Shown piece after piece: positions 37,745 through 47,416 of a DNA stretch of 64,000 bases. The notes beneath the pieces were generated by a model. The model was not told the origin of the DNA. It ran no database searches and saw only the letters and a list, made by a program, of their open reading frames with translations. This DNA is from a bacterium (GTDB taxonomy: Bacteria > SZUA-182 > DTGQ01 > JAFGSM01): positions 1 through 64,000 of the forward strand of contig JBLIRN010000012.1 in the NCBI GenBank assembly GCA_049472315.1, read 5' to 3'. Numbering within the stretch: position 1 is the first letter of the stretch; every line of letters begins with the position of its first letter. Both the position numbers and the translations under genes were made by a program.

Positions 37745-38103
37745 CCAAACTTTGTGAGGCGGAGCGAAGCGAAGCACTATCCAAACCCTTCGAGTTGTAA
37801 CGAAGCACGACATTAAATCAACCCTCTTTGGGCGAAGCGAAGCACAGCACTAACAAAACGTTGTCAGGCGCAGCGAAGCGCAGCACTCACCAAACTTCGT
37901 CAGGCGGAGCGAAGCGGAGCACTAACCAAACCTTTTGAGCCGAAACAAGGCCCAACACTCACCAAAGCTTTTTTGGCCGCAGCGAAGCGCAGCACAAACC
38001 AAACTTCGTCAGGCGAAGAGCAGCTACTATGTCGCTTCCTCCAATCACCCAAAGGCTACGCAACTCTACCAGCCAAACTTCGTTAGGCAGAACGAAATTG
38101 AGC
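37745..38103 (+). repeat. Tandem array of about 9 degenerate ~36-bp units (CCAAACTTTGTCAGGCG-x-AGCGAAGCG-x-AGCACT family)
   Basis: ccaaac/caaaac recurs about every 36 nt with GCGAAGCG-type cores. Confidence 0.85.
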
Positions 38104-38237
38104 AAGAAATCCAGTATATGTGATAATTTTTATTGGATATCATAATTTTTTTTCTCCGGTATGTCATAAATCGTGTAACGAGAAATACGCTCAGCGAATC
38201 AGGAGTACCCTCATTCACTTGTTTCCGAATATGTTTC

Positions 38238-38375
38238 ATGGCGTCGATGTTAGGGATCGAGCCGCTGATGCCTGATTCGAATGGATTTGGTTCCCGGAAT
38301 AGTTATTGACTATATGGCGGGCTCTACGGCGGACTGTACGGATTGTACGGCGGGCTCTACGGCGGCTGGTGGTAA
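38238..38375 (+). pseudogene. Remnant of a YGGL-repeat ORF interrupted by an in-frame TGA
   Basis: ...SRNSY*LYGGLYGGLYGLYGGLYGGWW*; TGA at 38307-38309 where Gly is expected. Confidence 0.45.
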
Positions 38376-38429
38376 GGGCATAATCAGCGCATTTGGATAA
38401 TTCAAAAACGAAGAAAGGCCTGAATTCAT

Positions 38430-40862
38430 TCAGGCCTTTCTTCGCTCATTGTTGCTCAGCGCCAAATCAATCGCCTCATCAACGCGTTCGATGTAGGAAA
38501 ACTTGATTCCCTTCAGGAGTTCCCTCGGAATCTCCTTGACATCCAGGCGATTCTGTGCAGGGAGAATCACCCGTTTTATCCCTTCCCTCTTTGCAGCAAG
38601 CACCTTCTCACGAATTCCACCGACCGGCAGCACCAGTCCGGAAAGTGTCACCTCCCCGGTCATGGCAATGTCCTTGCTCACCGGCCGTCCAGTCAGGGCG
38701 GATGTAATTGCAGTCGCAATTGCAACCCCCGCCGAAGGGCCATCCTTCGGTATGGCGCCTGCGGGGATATGGACGTGAAGATCCATCTTTTCGAAGAATC
38801 CCTTTTCGATATCGTATTTTTCTGAAACCGACCGGACGAACGAGAGGGCCGCCTTGACCGATTCCTGCATGACCTCACCGAGTTGCCCGGTAATTTCAAG
38901 CCCCTTTTTCCCGGGCATCTTGATGATCTCTATGAAAAGTATCTCTCCGCCGCTTTCGGTCCATGCCAGTCCGGTGGCAACGCCGGGCACCGAGGTCCTT
39001 CGAGCGGTCTCATGGAATACCTTCTTGGAGCCGAGAAATCGCGACACGTTTTTCGAGGTTACCCGAGCACGCTCCTGTTCATCGGTGGCGACCTTATAGG
39101 CCACCTTACGGCAAATCCGGGCAATTTGCCGCTCCAGGTTCCTCACCCCTGCCTCCTGGGTATAGTGCGAGATGATTGTTTCGATACCCTTATCCTCGAA
39201 CACGAGTTGCCCTGATTTGAGCCCGTGGGCATCAAGCTGCTTCGGGACGAGGTACCGTTTGGCAATGGCCACCTTTTCCTCGTTGATATATCCCGGAAGG
39301 AACATCACCTCCATTCGGTCCCTGAGGGCAGGTTGGATCGGCTGGATGAGGTTCCCCGTAGCGATGAATATCACCTGGGAAAGGTCAAAGGGGAGGTCGA
39401 GGTAGTGATCAATAAAGGACTTGTTCTGCTCGGGATCCAGAACCTCAAGAAGTGCGGACGAGGGATCACCGCGAAAGTCCGCCCCCACCTTGTCGATCTC
39501 GTCCAGCATGAATATGGGGTTCTTGGTGCCCGCCCGTTTGACGCTCTGGATGATCCTTCCCGGGAGGGCTCCCACATATGTGCGCCGGTGTCCCCGAATT
39601 GCAGCCTCATCATGAACCCCCCCCAATGATACGCGTATGAATTTCCTCCCCAATGCGCGGGCGATCGACTGACCGAGGGAGGTCTTGCCCACCCCGGGAG
39701 GGCCTATGAAACAGAGTATCTGCCCCTTTGCATCCTCCTTGAGTTTGCGTACAGCAAGGTACTCGACGATGCGCTCCTTCACCTCGTCAAGTCCGTAATG
39801 GTCTGCATCCAGGATGTTTCGTGCCTTTTTCAGATCAAGGTCATCAACGGTCGCCTCCATCCAGGGGAGGTCCAGGATCCATTCCAGGTAGGTGCGAATG
39901 ACGTAGTATTCCGGCGCAGCGCTCGGCATGCCTTCCATCCTCTTCAGTTCCTTATCCGCGACCTCCCTGACCTCCTCCGGGAGATGCTTCTTGGCGATGC
40001 GGTCCATGAGCTCAAGGACCTCGGATTCTTGTGAGCTTGCCTCACCGAGCTCCTTTTTGATTGCCTTCATCTGCTCCCTCAGGAAATACTCCCTCTGGGT
40101 CTTTGAAAGCTCTCCGGCGACCTCGGACTCGATCTTTCCCCCAATCTCGAGGATCTTCTCCTCCTTGTTGAGGATGGCCAGCAGGGTCTCCATCTTCTTC
40201 TCGAAATCATTGATGGTCAAGATTCGTTGTTTCTGCTCCGGCTTCATATTCGTTACCGAGGTGATCATATAGACGAGGGAAAAGGGATCGGAGATGTTCT
40301 CCACGGCAACCGCGATCTCGTCGGGAAGGTAGGAAGCAAGGCCAACCACTCCTTTGAACTTCTCGATGATCGCCCTTCTGAGGGCTTCCACCCGATCCGT
40401 CGCCGAAAAGGTCTCATCGAGGATCTCCACCCGCGCCATATAATAGCCGTCGCTTTTATAGATCTCCTGCGCCTTTATCCGTTTCAGGCCCTGGACCATC
40501 ACCCGAAGCGTCTGATCCGGCATTCTCAGCATCTTCAATATGCCCACGGCGGTGCCTATGGGATGCACGTCCTCCAGATCGAGCTCTTCCTTTTCTTCAT
40601 GGCCCGATTTAAGGAGAAAGGCAGCCAGGATATTCGCCCCATCCATGGCCTTTTGAACACCGAGAATTGATCGCTTCTTACCGATCACCAGAGGGGCCAC
40701 CATGGAAGGGAAAATCACCGTATTGATGAGGGGCTGAAGGGGCAGGTCCGATGGAATATGCTCAAATCGTCCCCCCTGCCCTGTCTCGATATCCAATAAT
40801 TCCTCTGTTTCGTCTCCCTTGATTGCTATGCTCGATTTTTCTTTATCATCATCCTTGTGCAA
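38430..40862 (-). CDS. lon: ATP-dependent Lon protease (second paralog, Hsp20-linked)
   Basis: LON N domain, GPPGVGKTS, RGHRRTYVGALPG, PKDGPSAG, catalytic Lys in GGIREK. Confidence 0.95.
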   Translation of the reverse strand: MHKDDDKEKSSIAIKGDETEELLDIETGQGGRFEHIPSDLPLQPLINTVIFPSMVAPLVIGKKRSILGVQKAMDGANILAAFLLKSGHEEKEELDLEDVHPIGTAVGILKMLRMPDQTLRVMVQGLKRIKAQEIYKSDGYYMARVEILDETFSATDRVEALRRAIIEKFKGVVGLASYLPDEIAVAVENISDPFSLVYMITSVTNMKPEQKQRILTINDFEKKMETLLAILNKEEKILEIGGKIESEVAGELSKTQREYFLREQMKAIKKELGEASSQESEVLELMDRIAKKHLPEEVREVADKELKRMEGMPSAAPEYYVIRTYLEWILDLPWMEATVDDLDLKKARNILDADHYGLDEVKERIVEYLAVRKLKEDAKGQILCFIGPPGVGKTSLGQSIARALGRKFIRVSLGGVHDEAAIRGHRRTYVGALPGRIIQSVKRAGTKNPIFMLDEIDKVGADFRGDPSSALLEVLDPEQNKSFIDHYLDLPFDLSQVIFIATGNLIQPIQPALRDRMEVMFLPGYINEEKVAIAKRYLVPKQLDAHGLKSGQLVFEDKGIETIISHYTQEAGVRNLERQIARICRKVAYKVATDEQERARVTSKNVSRFLGSKKVFHETARRTSVPGVATGLAWTESGGEILFIEIIKMPGKKGLEITGQLGEVMQESVKAALSFVRSVSEKYDIEKGFFEKMDLHVHIPAGAIPKDGPSAGVAIATAITSALTGRPVSKDIAMTGEVTLSGLVLPVGGIREKVLAAKREGIKRVILPAQNRLDVKEIPRELLKGIKFSYIERVDEAIDLALSNNERRKA

Positions 40863-40865
40863 TGG

Positions 40866-41219
40866 TTATATCCTCCCCATAATTTTTCTCTTCGGGACAT
40901 GGATAGTCAGGATTCCTTTATCACAACGGGCATCAATCTCTGTCTCCACAACAGGGGTATCAAACCGAATATATCGATAAAAATTCCCATATTCCATCTC
41001 CAACTGGCAACACACATAGCTTCGCGTCTGAGGGCATCTCTTCCGGGTGCCGCTGATGCTCAAGACACCCTCCTCGAACACCACCCTTAATTGCTCCTTC
41101 TCTATGCCTGCCACTTCCATTTCTATTACAAATTCATCTTCAGATTCAAACACATTGACAGGGGGCTGCCAATCCTGGTTACCCTGGAGATGGAAAAGTG
41201 TGTACAAAATGTCAGTCAC
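40866..41219 (-). CDS. Hsp20/alpha-crystallin family small heat-shock protein
   Basis: WQPPVNVFE, LSISGTR, EMEYGNFYR, GILTIHVPK. Confidence 0.85.
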   Translation of the reverse strand: MTDILYTLFHLQGNQDWQPPVNVFESEDEFVIEMEVAGIEKEQLRVVFEEGVLSISGTRKRCPQTRSYVCCQLEMEYGNFYRYIRFDTPVVETEIDARCDKGILTIHVPKRKIMGRI

Positions 41220-41220
41220 A

Positions 41221-41481
41221 TTACTTCTCCTCTCTTACCTTAGGATTCCGTCTTGTCAGAGCAACAATGAAGGGAATCCCAAACCACCCGATAATAAGCC
41301 CAATGATCAAAGGAACCAGAATGACGAGGGCCTTCGAGGTGTAAATACTCCAGAAAAACAGCTTGATGTCCACCTCCTGCGTATTCTGGAGGGTGAATAT
41401 GACCAGGAGTAAAAGGAGCCCTATGATGAGCAGAAGCTTGACAATAATCCTCGTATTTCTCTCCATCTGATCCCTCCTCAC
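41221..41481 (-). CDS. LapA (DUF1049) family small membrane protein
   Basis: TM-FTLQNTQEVDIKLFFW-TM signature. Confidence 0.8.
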   Translation of the reverse strand: MRRDQMERNTRIIVKLLLIIGLLLLLVIFTLQNTQEVDIKLFFWSIYTSKALVILVPLIIGLIIGWFGIPFIVALTRRNPKVREEK

Positions 41482-41652
41482 ACCTCATTGCATTTAGAGG
41501 CCCTTGCAGTTAAAAAAAATTACTATAAAAAATACTTCTCACAAACCACTATATTAAATTTTTTAGCCAATTATCTGTCTTTATATACGTTCAGCCCCTC
41601 GTTGTGATCGAAGGATCATGGGTCTTGGCATGCTTGTATAAAAAATTTCCGG

Positions 41653-42123
41653 TCAATATCTGAGCGTGGCCGTAATCCTCTTCGGGAAAAGGAGGAGGTC
41701 CAAGCCCGTACAGGCATCCGGCACACAGATGTCCGCGGCCTTCAAGGCAGCCGTGCAGGTGCCCTCCTTGCCCAGCACTGCAATGCCCAGGCAGGCCCTT
41801 TCAAGCATCTGGACATCATTTGCACCATTACCCATTGCGGCAGTATGCCCACACCCCATCCGTTCCAACAGGATCCTCTTGCGATCGGCCTCCTCACCCG
41901 GGGGTATCTTCTGGATTTTCACCGGCAGTCCCGAACAGCTCGTTTCTACGAGCCCGAAGGTATCGGCAGTCACAATGTGAATATTCACCAGATGCGACAA
42001 CGAAACAAGGCGTCCATCGACTCCGTCCACGAGGTTGCCGTCCAAGGCGATCGTTCCGTTAAAATCCAGAACCAGGTTGTCAATCTCTATGGTCTTGAAT
42101 CCCGGGATCTCTATGCGAATCAT
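41653..42123 (-). CDS. HAD-family soluble P-type ATPase-like protein
   Basis: LVLDFNGTIA, TADTFG, GNGAND, C-terminal ATLR. Confidence 0.88.
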   Translation of the reverse strand: MIRIEIPGFKTIEIDNLVLDFNGTIALDGNLVDGVDGRLVSLSHLVNIHIVTADTFGLVETSCSGLPVKIQKIPPGEEADRKRILLERMGCGHTAAMGNGANDVQMLERACLGIAVLGKEGTCTAALKAADICVPDACTGLDLLLFPKRITATLRY

Positions 42124-42341
42124 ACCCTCTCCTTATGTGCAGTAAACGAACATGTATGGGCAAGACAGCCGTAATACCATGCAATAGGCTGCGGCAGAAT
42201 CGGTGGAGTCTCCAGTGCTTTCATGATAATATGTTACTATTATACTGTACAAGTTCAATCATTGAAAGATAAACAATGCCATCCATTTTCATGACCCATA
42301 ACTGCTCAATGCATTGTGCATGGGAAAAGGGGATGCCCCAA

Positions 42342-42535
42342 CAAAACTTTGTCAGGCGGAGCGAAGCGGAGCACTATGCCGCCCTCCCGGTTACCTGTAA
42401 GGTCCGCTTCGGGAAGTCCTGCAACCAAACTTTGTTAGGCGGAGCGAAGCGGAGCACTATGCTGCCCCTTCCGTTGATGTAAAGGGCCAGAGACCACGCC
42501 CCAAAACCTGGTTGGCCGAAGCGAACCGGAGGAAC
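42342..42535 (+). repeat. Intergenic repeat cluster (core plus tail units)
   Basis: aaactttgtcaggcggagcgaagcggagcactatgccgccctcc..., two intact and one degenerate copy. Confidence 0.85.
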
Positions 42536-42570
42536 CATGCTCTTGCGGCACAATAGAGGGCCTGCAAACT

Positions 42571-43557
42571 ATGCCAAGCAAACCTCGTATGGTGACTGAC
42601 CAGGACAACAGTCGAACGACATGGACGGTGACCTCCGATCAGGCAGGGACGCGGCTGGACGTATACCTTACCCGCCTCCCCTTCAACATGTCTCGAAGTC
42701 ACTGGAAACGCTTGATCGAAAAGGGATTCATCACAATCGAGGGGCAAGCGACACATCCAAGCTATGCGGTGAGGACCGGGGATATCCTGGAGATCACCAT
42801 TCCCCCTCCTGAACCGTCCACCATGGAACCGGAGGCGATATGCCTCGACATCGTCTATGAGGATGACGCCCTTCTGGTGCTGAACAAACCGGTGGGCATG
42901 GTGGTCCATCCGGGGGCCGGACATTCACGACACACCCTGGCCAACGCAGTCCTGCATCACTGTCCAGATTTGACAGGAATCGGCGGCACAAGGAGGCCGG
43001 GGATCGTCCACAGGCTTGACAAGGATACCTCGGGACTCCTTGTCGTGGCAAAGACCGAATTCGCTCACCACTCCCTGTGCGCCCAGATAAAGGAAAGACA
43101 GGTAAAACGCATGTACATGGCGCTCGTGCACGGCATCTTCGATCAGAACGAAGGGAGGATACGCACCCTCATCGGCCGGCATCCCGTGCATCGGCAACGA
43201 ATGTCCATTCATGTTCGCGTGGGCAGGGAGGCAATCACGGATTGGCGGGTGACGGAACGGTTCGCACAGTTCACACTCGTCGAGGTCCGGCTTCACACCG
43301 GGCGCACCCACCAGATCAGGGTGCACATGTCCCACCTCCATCATCCGGTGGTCGGCGACAGGGTATACGGACGAGGGAGGCTTCCCGCGGAATGTCCGCA
43401 AGGGCTCAGGGAGGCGATCGCCGCCCTCCCCGGCCAAGCCCTTCATGCGTTCTCTTTATGCTTTCGTCATCCCCTGTCCGGCGAGACTATGGAATTTTCC
43501 GCCCCCCTTCCCCCTGCAATGCAGGGCATTCTGGATATTCTGCGCAACACCGGATAA
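42571..43557 (+). CDS. rluD: RluA/RluD family pseudouridine synthase
   Basis: S4 domain, NKPVGMVVHPG, RPGIVHRLDKDTSG, TGRTHQIRVH, QALHA. Confidence 0.9.
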   Translation: MPSKPRMVTDQDNSRTTWTVTSDQAGTRLDVYLTRLPFNMSRSHWKRLIEKGFITIEGQATHPSYAVRTGDILEITIPPPEPSTMEPEAICLDIVYEDDALLVLNKPVGMVVHPGAGHSRHTLANAVLHHCPDLTGIGGTRRPGIVHRLDKDTSGLLVVAKTEFAHHSLCAQIKERQVKRMYMALVHGIFDQNEGRIRTLIGRHPVHRQRMSIHVRVGREAITDWRVTERFAQFTLVEVRLHTGRTHQIRVHMSHLHHPVVGDRVYGRGRLPAECPQGLREAIAALPGQALHAFSLCFRHPLSGETMEFSAPLPPAMQGILDILRNTG

Positions 43558-43738
43558 CGTCCGTATTTTCGTTCCCACGCAGGAGTGCCCAGCAATTCCA
43601 ATTTTGGACCTTCAGGTCAGGAGCATGAGCAGATATAGTTACTTCGCTGGACGGGCAGGCTTTTTTAATTTTCTAAGCTCGCTCCGCTACAGTGCGCAAA
43701 CTTGCTTCGCTCGGACATGCGCAATGTTATACGCTTCA

Positions 43739-43865
43739 CCCAAACTTTGTCAGGCGAAGCGAAGCGCAGCCACTAACAAAGCTTGCCAGGCGCAGCGAAG
43801 CGAAGCCACTATGTTGCCCTCCCAGTTACCTTTAAGCCCCGCTTCAGGAAACGTCCAACCTCCCT
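43739..43865 (+). repeat. Intergenic repeat cluster, preceded by inverted partial cores at about 43675-43712
   Basis: caaactttgtcaggcgaagcgaagcgcagccact-type core twice, plus tail gttgccctcccagttacc. Confidence 0.8.
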
Positions 43866-43976
43866 ATGCCGCTCCGTAACCATGTCTGCTCACAGCGACG
43901 CAACGTTAAAATGAGAATTGCCGGGTGAGCCCGGCGCCGCTTTACTCATCCCCGGTCCTGTGCTAAAGTAGGTGCC

Positions 43977-44468
43977 GTGTATACAGCGGGAATCATAACC
44001 ATCAGCGACAAAGGGGCATCGGGCCAGAGGGAGGATCGAAGCGGCCCCGCGCTCAAGAAGGCCCTGGAGGCAGCTGACATCACTGTGGCGTTCATGAGGA
44101 TCGTTCCGGACGATGTTGATCGCATCAGGGAAGCCCTCCTCGAATTGTGCGATATGCACAAGCTCGATCTCATCCTCACCACAGGAGGCACCGGGCTTTC
44201 TCCGAGGGACGTCACCCCGGAGGCAACGGGTATGGTGATTGAAAGACATGCCCCGGGTTTTTCAGAGGCCATCAGGTCAGAGGGGCTCAAGGTGACACCC
44301 CATGCAATGATCTCCAGGGGAATGAGCGGCGTTCGTGCAAGCACCCTGATTATCAACCTGCCGGGGAGTCCCAAAGGGGCACAAGAGGGCCTCGAAGCCG
44401 TACTCCCTGCCATTCCCCATGCCCTCTCCAAGCTCAAAGGCGACCCTGCCGAGTGTTGCCGGGAATAA
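43977..44468 (+). CDS. mogA: Molybdopterin adenylyltransferase MogA/MoaB
   Basis: ITISDK, REDRSG, TTGGTG-x-SPRDVTPEAT, NLPGSPKG. Confidence 0.9.
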   Translation: MYTAGIITISDKGASGQREDRSGPALKKALEAADITVAFMRIVPDDVDRIREALLELCDMHKLDLILTTGGTGLSPRDVTPEATGMVIERHAPGFSEAIRSEGLKVTPHAMISRGMSGVRASTLIINLPGSPKGAQEGLEAVLPAIPHALSKLKGDPAECCRE

Positions 44469-44476
44469 TCATCCCC

Positions 44477-45457
44477 ATGCCATTCAAGGATATTATAGGC
44501 CATGAGCGGGTTATCAACCTGCTCAGGCAATCGGTGAGGCAGGAGCGAATCCCCCATGCCCTCCTGTTTGCAGGACCCGAAGGGATCGGGAAACGGCTGA
44601 CCGCCTGGGGACTTGCAAAGGCCCTTCTCTGCCGCCAATTGACCGATGACTATTGTGACCAATGCCCGTCATGCCGCAGGATAATCCAGGGGAACCATCC
44701 GGATGTAACGATCATCAAACCGGAGAACAATTCCATCAAGATCGAACAGTTGCGGGAGTGGCAAAGGGAATTGGAATCAAAGAGCTATGCAGGGTCCTGG
44801 AGGATTACCATCATCGACCAGGCCGAGAGGATCACCCTTGGTGCGGCCAATTCAATCCTCAAGATACTGGAGGAGCCGCCGGAGAATACCCTTATCTGCC
44901 TGATAGCGGTGGAGCCGAGAAATATCCTGCCCACCATCCTCTCCCGGTGCCAGACCGTGAGGTTCCAGCCCCTTTCCCGGACCGATTTCATACGGATCGT
45001 ACAGGAAAAAGGGGGATTGAATGAGGCCCAGGCGGGTCTCATGTATACCCTTTCCAAAGGCCAACTCTCACGAGCCCTCAATGTGGACGTTGCTGCCTTC
45101 TGCACCCTGCGGGAACAGTGGCGAGATCGTATGATCCCGCCCATGCACGAGGAAACATGGCACCAACTGGATCAGGCCTCGCTTGCGGAGGGGCTGGGAA
45201 TTATCGTACATTGGTGGAGGGATCTCCTGCTCATCCGGATGGGAATCGAAGGGCCATGGATCACCAATCAGGACAGTCTGCAGGAGCTGCAAAGGGAGGC
45301 GGCGCATCTTTCACCAGGCATCATTCGTTCCAGAATCGATCTCATTCTCCGGACCATGGAGGCGATCGACAGAAATGCCAATATACGCATGCTGATTGAT
45401 TCCTTTCTGATGGAATGGCGCAATGTGCCTGTCCTGCAGCACCTTAATCCTCTCTGA
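44477..45457 (+). CDS. holB: DNA polymerase III delta' subunit
   Basis: DIIGH, HALLFAGPEGIGK, Cys zinc motif CDQCPSC, HPD, ANSILKILEEPP, TILSRC. Confidence 0.92.
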   Translation: MPFKDIIGHERVINLLRQSVRQERIPHALLFAGPEGIGKRLTAWGLAKALLCRQLTDDYCDQCPSCRRIIQGNHPDVTIIKPENNSIKIEQLREWQRELESKSYAGSWRITIIDQAERITLGAANSILKILEEPPENTLICLIAVEPRNILPTILSRCQTVRFQPLSRTDFIRIVQEKGGLNEAQAGLMYTLSKGQLSRALNVDVAAFCTLREQWRDRMIPPMHEETWHQLDQASLAEGLGIIVHWWRDLLLIRMGIEGPWITNQDSLQELQREAAHLSPGIIRSRIDLILRTMEAIDRNANIRMLIDSFLMEWRNVPVLQHLNPL

Positions 45458-45735
45458 AGAAATGGCGGCGGAGATGTGTATGGAGATGATCCTCAGGATA
45501 GTGCCCGGAGCATTCCATGTGGACCTGCAGGACGGATGGGTGGGAGGACATGGTGCCCCCAATGACACAATGCCGAAATCAGAACTGCCGTACACAATCA
45601 GCAATGGATTGATTCACGAGTGCTACAATGAGATAATATGAAAGGTCTGCCGATTAAAATGGTAGGACGGTTTCCTTCACTAAACTGCATGCTCGATTGA
45701 AGCCGCGGTGAATAAACCCTCGCAATAGGCGACGG

Positions 45736-46587
45736 ATGAAGAATAGCTCTCAGATGATTGACATTGTTGGCATCAAGTTTGAAAAGACCGGCAAGATCCA
45801 CGACTATAATCCAAACGGTCTGGAGTTGAAGCTCTACGACTGGTGCATTGTCGAGATCGACAAAGGGCTTGAGTTCGGCTGCGTTGCCCGAACCCTGCAG
45901 CATGTGCCCAAAAAACCGACCAAAAAACCGCTCAAGAAGGTCATTCGCGTGGCGACGAACCAGGATCTCGAACAAATCATGCGCAACAGGGAGATCGGAC
46001 AGCGGGCCAAGTCCATCTGCAACAGGAAGATCCAGGAGCGTAACCTTCCCATGAAACTCATCAGGGTCAATTACACCTTCGACGGAAATAAGGCCATATT
46101 CTATTTCACCGCCGAGGGGAGGATCGACTTCCGTGACCTGGTCAAGGATCTGGCGAACGAATTCAAAACACGCATTGAGATGCGGCAGATCGGGGTCAGG
46201 GATGAGGCCAAGATCATCGGGGGGCTGGGATGCTGCGGACGTGAGCTATGCTGTACCCAGTTTCTGAGGGATTTTGATCCGGTGTCCATCAAGATGGCCA
46301 AGGACCAGAACCTGACCCTCAACCCGAACAAGATATCGGGTATCTGCGGACGTCTTATGTGTTGCCTTAGTTTTGAACATACCACCTACCTGGAGATGAA
46401 GACAAAGCTGCCCAAAACCGGGGAACGTGCAGAGTTCAACGGTGAGGAGGGAAAGGTCTCCGCCCTGGATATCCTCAATGAGACAATCTATGTGGAGCTT
46501 CCGGAGGCGAGGATCGTCAAGATCAAATCCCCTGTGTTCAAGAATGGCAGGTGGATGGCCCCTGAGCGCGGGGGCAAGGAGCGTTAG
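45736..46587 (+). CDS. ricT: PSP1/YaaT (RicT) family protein
   Basis: FYFTAEGRIDFRDLVKDLA, RIEMRQIGVRDEAK, GCCGRELCC, CGRLMCCL; follows holB. Confidence 0.9.
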   Translation: MKNSSQMIDIVGIKFEKTGKIHDYNPNGLELKLYDWCIVEIDKGLEFGCVARTLQHVPKKPTKKPLKKVIRVATNQDLEQIMRNREIGQRAKSICNRKIQERNLPMKLIRVNYTFDGNKAIFYFTAEGRIDFRDLVKDLANEFKTRIEMRQIGVRDEAKIIGGLGCCGRELCCTQFLRDFDPVSIKMAKDQNLTLNPNKISGICGRLMCCLSFEHTTYLEMKTKLPKTGERAEFNGEEGKVSALDILNETIYVELPEARIVKIKSPVFKNGRWMAPERGGKER

Positions 46588-47416
46588 CCAGCCGATCGAA
46601 CAGGACATTGCTCAGACGGGCGAAATCCTCCAGGTGCAACACCTCGGCCCTCACCCTTCGCTCACATCCTATCCCCTGAACGATCTCCTCCATATCAAGG
46701 GGATCGAATTGCGGATCAAGCCTCAAGGCATTGACGAGCGTTTTACGCCGATGCCTGAATCCTGACTGGATAATGCGGAAAAGGAGATGTTCGTCTTTCA
46801 CCTCAACGGGCGGATTTGATCGTGGCCTGAGACGAATGACGCTCGATTCGACGCGAGGTCTCGGTTTGAAAACACTCGGAGGGATATCGAACAGATAGTC
46901 TGCCTCGGCACGATACTCCACGATCAGGCTTAAATACCCGTAAGCCTTTCCCGGTGGTCCGGCCACAATCCTTTCCGCCACCTCCTTCTGGACCATAAAA
47001 ACCATTCTATGCAGACGTGTTCCCAGCAATAAAAGACGCTGAATGAGAGCGGTGGCCAGATAGTAGGGGAGATTTCCGAGGACCACCGGAGGTCGGGACA
47101 GGTCTGAGCAGAGACCAATGAAATCCACCCTCATTACATCCGCGTGCAGGATGGTAAACCGGTCGCTGATGCCCGCAATGCGATCATGCAAGGAGCGAAC
47201 CAGGCGTTCATCCAGTTCAATCGCAATAACCCTGGATACCAGGTTGCTCAAGGGAATGGTCAATGCGCCGAATCCTGCGCCTATCTCGATGACCTCGTCT
47301 TCCGGCCTCAGCTCCGCGCATTCCAGGATTCTTCGGGAGAAGGAGGGATCCACCAGGAAGTGCTGACCCCTCGGCTGCCGGGTGATGGATCTCCTGCCGG
47401 CAGCACTACGCCCCAT
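46538..47416 (-). CDS. rsmA: 16S rRNA dimethyltransferase RsmA/KsgA
   Basis: GQHFL, EIGAGFGALT, GNLPYY, MVQKEVAERI, F-x-PRPRVES, RRKTL; start placed at ATG 47416. Confidence 0.93.
   Translation of the reverse strand: MGRSAAGRRSITRQPRGQHFLVDPSFSRRILECAELRPEDEVIEIGAGFGALTIPLSNLVSRVIAIELDERLVRSLHDRIAGISDRFTILHADVMRVDFIGLCSDLSRPPVVLGNLPYYLATALIQRLLLLGTRLHRMVFMVQKEVAERIVAGPPGKAYGYLSLIVEYRAEADYLFDIPPSVFKPRPRVESSVIRLRPRSNPPVEVKDEHLLFRIIQSGFRHRRKTLVNALRLDPQFDPLDMEEIVQGIGCERRVRAEVLHLEDFARLSNVLFDRLANAPCPRAQGPSTCHS

Noticed and set aside
37745..38103. Possible CRISPR array (36-bp periodicity)
   Set aside because: Units are degenerate copies of one another with no unique spacers or identical repeats, no cas genes are present, and the same motif is dispersed at other intergenic sites.
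38307..38309. TGA read as Gly (genetic code 25) or selenocysteine
   Set aside because: TGA terminates many clear genes here (for example 3726, 4312, 38430, 55197), no conserved gene has an internal TGA, and the context is not a Cys-equivalent site.
45736..46587. ricT/yaaT plus the SplB-like gene as evidence of endospore formation
   Set aside because: Both families are widespread in non-sporulating bacteria and no spo0A, sigma-factor cascade or other sporulation genes are present in the window.
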